64,000 nt of DNA, from the sequence record MW248466.1; one strand, written 5' to 3'. Of the stretch, positions 58,416-64,000 are shown piece by piece; position 1 is the first letter of the stretch; each line of letters starts with the position of its first letter. A program made the position numbers and the translations under genes. The notes under the pieces were generated by a model. That model saw nothing but the letters and a program-made list of their open reading frames with translations, was not told the DNA's origin and did not search any database.

Positions 58416-59195
58416 ATGTCTGAAACTAATGAAATTGATTTAATATCACAAATCAATGATATGATGGATGAGTATAAAATGTTAGTTAAATTTAAAGATA
58501 AAATGGAAAATAAAGAAATTCAATTAGAAAATCGTATACAGGATTTAACTAAGAATCTGAAATATCCTAAACATACATTCGTATCTAATATGGAAGCTAA
58601 TATTATCAGTGTAGAAAAAGAAATTAAAGATACTATTATGCAAATGAAAAATGTTAAAAAAGATATTATTGACTTAACTATGAAAGCTCAGAAAATGGCT
58701 GAAGATGATGAATCTGAAGATAATTACAAAACTCTTGCTAAAAATGTACTTAATGAGCTTAATAATATGTCTAATAAAGATATTCTAAACAGTATGATGG
58801 AACCTGAAGAAGTAAATGATGAAGATACTGATTTTAGTGAAGAATTGGATGCGAAATTATCACAATTAGATGAAGAAGAGAAATCTATTAATAAAGAAGT
58901 AGATCAAAAAGAAGAATTAAGCGAAGAAATTAATGAACTAGACCAACAAGATTTATCTTCTATATTAAAAGTCTATAAAGGCACATTACAATTCTTTGTT
59001 ATAGGAGATTCTCCTGAAGAATATGAATTAGTAGTTGCTGATATGGATATGAATATTATTGAAGAAGATGAAATGAAAGATGAATACCCAGAGTTATTTA
59101 CTATGACTAGAGATCTATTATTTGAAGATGTTGAAGGTAATGATGAAATAGTTACAGATGATTTTGGAAATATTTATCAAAAAGCAGAATTTTAA
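58416..59195 (+). CDS. acidic coiled-coil hypothetical protein
   Basis: N-terminal heptads, very D/E-rich C-half; lacks the tag. Confidence 0.7.
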   Translation: MSETNEIDLISQINDMMDEYKMLVKFKDKMENKEIQLENRIQDLTKNLKYPKHTFVSNMEANIISVEKEIKDTIMQMKNVKKDIIDLTMKAQKMAEDDESEDNYKTLAKNVLNELNNMSNKDILNSMMEPEEVNDEDTDFSEELDAKLSQLDEEEKSINKEVDQKEELSEEINELDQQDLSSILKVYKGTLQFFVIGDSPEEYELVVADMDMNIIEEDEMKDEYPELFTMTRDLLFEDVEGNDEIVTDDFGNIYQKAEF

Positions 59196-59265
59196 ATTAT
59201 TTTACCCCATAATATATTAATACAATATATTATGGGTATTTATTATATAGGAGAGTGAAATAGAT

Positions 59266-59391
59266 ATGTTAAAAAGATTATACAATTTATTAACTAAGAA
59301 AAAATTTGAAAAGAGATTATACGACTTTAGATTTAATTATCAAGATCATGAACATCTAAATCAAGTTCATAGAGATTCAAATAATATATAA
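59266..59391 (+). CDS. possible small protein (41 aa, not in ORF track)
   Basis: RBS AGGAG upstream; MLKRLYNLLTKKKFEKRLY... Confidence 0.4.
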   Translation: MLKRLYNLLTKKKFEKRLYDFRFNYQDHEHLNQVHRDSNNI

Positions 59392-59410
59392 TATGAAAGG
59401 ATGATTATTA

Positions 59411-59812
59411 ATGTTATCAGAATATAGATTAAATTCAAGTAAAGAAAATATTAAACAGCTATTAAGAGATTATGGTTTTAAAAAGGACTCTTATACTAAA
59501 GCTTTATTATATAGAAAACGTGTAACTGATCCAAATGATATTTTATTCATAGTAGCTGAAGTAGTTATTGAAACTAATTCAGATCTAGTTAAATTAAATT
59601 ACTATGATAGTAAACATAATAGATTTAATCCTTCTAATGAATCACCAGAAGTTCAAAAGGGATTAAGTATATTAGAAGATATGAAAGAAAAAGAATTATT
59701 AATTGAACCAGAATTAACTCGAAATGAAGAAGAAAAAGAAGTTCTTGATAAACTTAAAAAACAACGTGAAGAAATGGAAAATGGTCAAGTATCACCCAAT
59801 TCTGAAAATTAG
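59411..59812 (+). CDS. hypothetical protein (133 aa)
   Basis: ORF with RBS AAAGGA. Confidence 0.7.
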   Translation: MLSEYRLNSSKENIKQLLRDYGFKKDSYTKALLYRKRVTDPNDILFIVAEVVIETNSDLVKLNYYDSKHNRFNPSNESPEVQKGLSILEDMKEKELLIEPELTRNEEEKEVLDKLKKQREEMENGQVSPNSEN

Positions 59813-59815
59813 AAT

Positions 59816-59828
59816 AAATATATATTAT
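59816..59828 (+). promoter_or_regulatory. AAATATATATTAT motif (putative early promoter)
   Basis: Exact 13-mer upstream of second block of tag genes; followed by hairpin 59838-59867. Confidence 0.6.
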
Positions 59829-59880
59829 AAAAATGTTATCCCAATACTATTAAATTAGTATTGGGATTATTATACTAAAA

Positions 59881-60699
59881 TTGGAGATGAAATGGATAAT
59901 GACAAAATATTTTATAGATAAAGAGAAAGATGAATTAATTGAAATTGATAGGAATTATCTTAACCGATATGAATATATTGCATATGTATTAACTACTATG
60001 GATATTAATAATCTTTTAAGTAGTAAAGGATATGCTAAATCTTTCATAGATAATATTTCTAAAGAAGAAGATTATATGAATTTTCATTATAAAGAAATTG
60101 ATAATGATATTTATTTTATAGACAAACATAATAAAAATGATGCTTTTAAAAGATTTAATACTAATTTTCATATTAATTTTAATACTAGTAGAATGGATAA
60201 AATTGAAAGTGGAGAATTTAAATTAGATTTTTATTTTGAAAATTCATTATATAAAAAATATTTCAATGTAATTACTAATGGTTTAGTAAATAAAAATAAT
60301 TTAGTTAATGAAGGAATAAATGAAAAAACGAGAGCTTTTATACATGTTAAATCATTTGAAAAAGGTTTATATGATATCAAATATAGTGATGAATTATTTA
60401 CGGACGTAAATTTTCCAATACCTGCATTTGAGAAAAATCCTATTATTAAATTTATAGAAGATTTTAAGGATTTATTCTTTATCATATTATATCAGAATAA
60501 TCTTAGTGTATTAATGTCTCTTTATGAGATTAAATATATGTATAAAGATGATATAGAATTTTATATTAGTTTCTCCAGTAAGGGTGGCGGTTTAATTAAT
60601 TTATTAGATCTAATAGAAAGTGATGAAAATGATTTATTTAAAGAAATTAAAACCGAAAAAGAAATGAAAGCTTTTAAAGTTAGAAAAGGATTCAAATAA
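59881..60699 (+). CDS. tag-family protein
   Basis: Ends EIKTEKEMKAFKVRKGFK. Confidence 0.8.
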   Translation: MEMKWIMTKYFIDKEKDELIEIDRNYLNRYEYIAYVLTTMDINNLLSSKGYAKSFIDNISKEEDYMNFHYKEIDNDIYFIDKHNKNDAFKRFNTNFHINFNTSRMDKIESGEFKLDFYFENSLYKKYFNVITNGLVNKNNLVNEGINEKTRAFIHVKSFEKGLYDIKYSDELFTDVNFPIPAFEKNPIIKFIEDFKDLFFIILYQNNLSVLMSLYEIKYMYKDDIEFYISFSSKGGGLINLLDLIESDENDLFKEIKTEKEMKAFKVRKGFK

Positions 60700-60720
60700 T
60701 ATAAAGAAAGGATTTTCATA

Positions 60721-61461
60721 ATGGAATACAATAATTATTATAGATATAAATTAGATGGAAAAATACTTCACTTTGATATGGATAGAACTGATTTACGTAG
60801 AGATAAATTGGCTGAAATATTTACTAAAGTTAAGATGGAATATATTTATAAAGATGAAAAAATGATTAAAGAACCAAGAAACTTTATTTACCGATCTAAT
60901 CTTTCTTTAGAGTATTCTCATTTTAAAGATAAGGTATGTGAAATCAGACAAATTTCTAAAATAATGGGTAAAAACTATTTAAAAGATTTATTAATTTACG
61001 ATACAGATATTAGTTTAAGTTTTAATTCTATTTTAGATGGAGCTATATTTAAAAAAGATTTTCCAGAAGGATCTTTTCATGACAAAATAGAAAGTAATAT
61101 GAATAGAAAATATTTAATTTTAAGTGATAATATAAGTCATACTAGTGAAAATTTTGTTGATTTAAATGATAAAGATTATATTTTAAATTTTGAAGAAGTA
61201 GAATTGCTGATCAAAGAATTTAATAGAACTCTTTTAAATTATCTTATGGATTTAATGAGCTATGGAGATTTAAAATTAAATGTTAGGAAATCAGATTTAG
61301 CATATTTTATGACAGGAATATATACAAAAATGGAAGAACACGAAGATAAATTATTCCCTATATTTGATTATAAATTTTTACTTAATGAATCTGGATTATT
61401 TGAAGAGATTACAGATGAGAAAGTTATTAAAGAATATTTAGTGAAAAATAATTTTAAATAA
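60721..61461 (+). CDS. tag-family protein
   Basis: Ends FEEITDEKVIKEYLVKNNFK. Confidence 0.8.
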   Translation: MEYNNYYRYKLDGKILHFDMDRTDLRRDKLAEIFTKVKMEYIYKDEKMIKEPRNFIYRSNLSLEYSHFKDKVCEIRQISKIMGKNYLKDLLIYDTDISLSFNSILDGAIFKKDFPEGSFHDKIESNMNRKYLILSDNISHTSENFVDLNDKDYILNFEEVELLIKEFNRTLLNYLMDLMSYGDLKLNVRKSDLAYFMTGIYTKMEEHEDKLFPIFDYKFLLNESGLFEEITDEKVIKEYLVKNNFK

Positions 61462-61477
61462 AAGGAGAAATAATATA

Positions 61478-62257
61478 ATGAGTATAAATAAAAGTTATAC
61501 AAAATATTTTTTAAGCAAAATGACAGACGAATTATTTTCAGTCACTAATTTATCCAGATATGGTATAAATGAAGATCATTTATATCTACCTTATTTACTT
61601 CCTAACTTACAAATAAAAAGTGAAGAAATAACTATATCGTCTGAAGAGATTGTTGATAAAGGTGGCAATGGAAAGAATTTATATTCAGGAACTATATCAA
61701 TTGGATATATTTTCCCAATTATCAAATATAGTGTTAATAATAAAAATTCAATGAATATGCTTATTATTGATTTTGATATTATTTTCAACGAAGAAATAGA
61801 AAATGAAAACTATTTAAAAGTTAAAATTGAAAGCCCATATGATTCAGATATAAATTCAATATTTTTTAATAACGTTATTGGTAATATATTAGACGAATCC
61901 AATTCTTTAAAAATACCTTTTAGATTGCATATAAATAGTATGGAAGACTTAATATCAGATTTTAATAATAGTAAAGAAAATAATTTTAAAAATAATAAAG
62001 ATTTATATCAAATATTAGTTAAAGTGAATAGTTCTATATTGGAAATTTTATCACAAATTAGAGATCATTTTAATATAGAATTCTTTGTTTCAGATTCCTG
62101 TTTCTCACATATACCAATAATTGATAAGAGAAATAATAAGGATATGGATGATAAATATTATAATTTATTTGATGAGTATAGAATATCTGGTGTATTTGAA
62201 GAAATTACGGATGAAAGAGTCATTAAAAAATACTTAGTGAAAAATAATTTTAAATAA
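61478..62257 (+). CDS. tag-family protein (paralog of 62272)
   Basis: Ends FEEITDERVIKKYLVKNNFK. Confidence 0.8.
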   Translation: MSINKSYTKYFLSKMTDELFSVTNLSRYGINEDHLYLPYLLPNLQIKSEEITISSEEIVDKGGNGKNLYSGTISIGYIFPIIKYSVNNKNSMNMLIIDFDIIFNEEIENENYLKVKIESPYDSDINSIFFNNVIGNILDESNSLKIPFRLHINSMEDLISDFNNSKENNFKNNKDLYQILVKVNSSILEILSQIRDHFNIEFFVSDSCFSHIPIIDKRNNKDMDDKYYNLFDEYRISGVFEEITDERVIKKYLVKNNFK

Positions 62258-62271
62258 AGGAGATCAATATA

Positions 62272-63099
62272 ATGAGTGCAATTAAAAGTGATAAAAAGTA
62301 TTTCTTATGTAAAATAAATGATGAATTATTTGAAGTTGATAATAAAAATAATAGAGGGTCATTAGTTGATAATAAAAATAATAGATGGCCATTTTTATAT
62401 GATTATTTACCTTTAATAATAGCTGAAAAAATAATTAATTCAGATGAAAAAGACTCATATGAAACTAGTGCATTAGATGTGCATTATAAAAAAGAAGATA
62501 ATGTGATTACAGGAAATTTAAGATTTTTATCAAGATGTTTACCTCCTGTCCTTTACAATGTTAATGATAAAAATTCATTTGAAACAATTATAACTCTTGC
62601 AGATTTTAAGTTTAAAAGAGATATCACTAAATCTCCATTTAGCATAGATAAGAATAGTGCTATTGACAAAATACTATTTACAATGGAACCTATACAAAAT
62701 GAAATTGATGCAGCTTTATTTAATAGTATTATAAAAGATATTTTAAACGAAGAAGATGAAATAGAATTAGAAAGATTTATATTAGTTGATAATATTGAAA
62801 AATTATTAAATGAAATTCAAGAACAGAATATAAAACATCATGATGAATTTAGAGGTTTAATTTCAGATATATTCAATAATTATCTTAATATATTAAAATC
62901 ATTAAGACATCATTTTAATATTGAATTTTTCTTTGCTAAAACTTCTTTTTTAGATATGCTAAATATCTATGATTATGATGCCATTATTAATGATAGCTAT
63001 AAAATAAATATTTTTGAAGGCGATTTAGATGTTATATTTGAAGAGATTACGGATGAGAAAGTTATTAAAAAATACTTAGTGAAAAATAATTTTAAATAA
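62272..63099 (+). CDS. tag-family protein
   Basis: Ends FEEITDEKVIKKYLVKNNFK. Confidence 0.8.
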   Translation: MSAIKSDKKYFLCKINDELFEVDNKNNRGSLVDNKNNRWPFLYDYLPLIIAEKIINSDEKDSYETSALDVHYKKEDNVITGNLRFLSRCLPPVLYNVNDKNSFETIITLADFKFKRDITKSPFSIDKNSAIDKILFTMEPIQNEIDAALFNSIIKDILNEEDEIELERFILVDNIEKLLNEIQEQNIKHHDEFRGLISDIFNNYLNILKSLRHHFNIEFFFAKTSFLDMLNIYDYDAIINDSYKINIFEGDLDVIFEEITDEKVIKKYLVKNNFK

Positions 63100-63155
63100 A
63101 ATTAAAAATTTATAGTAACGGAATTATATTTACCAATAGGAGTTGAAACTGGATA

Positions 63156-64000
63156 ATGAAGATTAAAAGATTAAAGTTAAAGAATTTTATCGGTATTTAT
63201 GCTGGTATGGGGTTAAAAGAAGTTGAAATTGATTTTAGTAAAAGTAAAAATAATATGATAATGCTTCTTGGAGATAACGCTTCAGGTAAAACAACTATTA
63301 TGTCTAACCTTAATCCGTACAGAGAAACTAATGATCAACGTAAAACTATAGTATTAGAAGATGAAAAAGGATTAAAAGAAATTGAGTATATTAAAGATAA
63401 TGATGTTTATGAAATTAAACATCATTATGGAAAAAATAGTTCTCAAAATAAATCATTCATCAAGAAGAATGGTGAAGAACTTAATGAAAATGGCGGTATT
63501 AAATTATTCAATGAAATAGTGGATAAAGAATTAGGTGTATCTAAAGATTACTTTACTGTGGGACGTTTAGGTGATAATGTATCAAACTTTATCGATTATA
63601 CTACAGGTGATCGTAAATCATACATTAATAAATTTGTACCTAATATTGATAGATATTTAGAAGCTTATAAAGTAGCTAATGAGAAATTAAAAATCATTAC
63701 TAAAGATTTAAAATCACTTAGGTTTGATTTAGATAAATATAAAGAATTTGATGAAATTAAAAAAGAAAAAGAGAATTTAGAAACTTTAATTGATCAATTA
63801 CAAAATGAGCTTGATGAAGCTAATAAAGATAAAACAACTCATGAAACTAAAATGAACTCTATCATGGAAGATAAATACAAAGAGATTCATCCAACTGAAT
63901 ATAAAAATCAATTAATTAATGAAGTTAATGAACTTAATCAAGAATTAGAAAAAGAAAGAAAGTTAAAAGAAGATAATGAGAATTTAAATAAATATACTAT
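63156..64000 (+). CDS. SbcC/Rad50-like SMC ATPase, N-terminal part (runs off window)
   Basis: Manual translation MKIKRLKLKNFIG...MLLGDNASGKTTIMS (Walker A) followed by coiled coil; RBS AGGAG. Confidence 0.85.
   Translation, partial: MKIKRLKLKNFIGIYAGMGLKEVEIDFSKSKNNMIMLLGDNASGKTTIMSNLNPYRETNDQRKTIVLEDEKGLKEIEYIKDNDVYEIKHHYGKNSSQNKSFIKKNGEELNENGGIKLFNEIVDKELGVSKDYFTVGRLGDNVSNFIDYTTGDRKSYINKFVPNIDRYLEAYKVANEKLKIITKDLKSLRFDLDKYKEFDEIKKEKENLETLIDQLQNELDEANKDKTTHETKMNSIMEDKYKEIHPTEYKNQLINEVNELNQELEKERKLKEDNENLNKYT

Noticed and set aside
51926-63099. Integron or CRISPR-like interpretation of the repeated gene ends
   Set aside because: Repeats are coding, degenerate at synonymous sites and not palindromic attC-like; no integrase or cas genes in the window; no fixed-length spacers
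1-64000. tRNA or rRNA genes
   Set aside because: No cloverleaf or rRNA-like segments recognised by eye; tRNAscan would be needed to exclude them fully

Overview
64 kb of a very AT-rich jumbo myophage of the AR9/PBS1-phiKZ-like type, which encodes its own split multisubunit RNA polymerase and a family-B DNA polymerase. The host is probably a low-GC Gram-positive bacterium. That is inferred from the class Ib nrdHIEF operon, the M23 peptidase and the OatA-like SGNH domain. Order: nrdH(partial)-nrdI-nrdE-nrdF; a probable RNAP beta' C-terminal fragment; tail sheath and tube; minus-strand tail/baseplate genes, including two paralogous ~2000-aa tape-measure-like proteins (lysozyme+NlpC/P60, and M23+SGNH); an HU-like protein; a RecD/Dda helicase; small coiled-coil paralogs; a gp53-like baseplate protein; a MoxR AAA+/vWA pair; a DNA polymerase split by a 186-nt group I intron; a HAD nucleotidase; RNAP beta' N-part split by three introns; a long array of early hypothetical genes; and a partial SbcC/Rad50-like ATPase. 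Main discoveries: (1) an RT-less group II intron (49217-50692) in the beta' gene that carries a Zn-ribbon/Vsr-like (EDxHD-type) endonuclease instead of a maturase; (2) very small ORF-less group I introns of 140, 158 and 186 nt, one inside the catalytic DFDGD motif; (3) about 21 otherwise divergent proteins sharing a C-terminal tag (~EEITDEKEIKKYLVKENFK*), many also sharing an N-terminal motif; (4) an OatA-like SGNH domain on a virion tail protein. All assignments come from motif reading by eye. No database searches were run.
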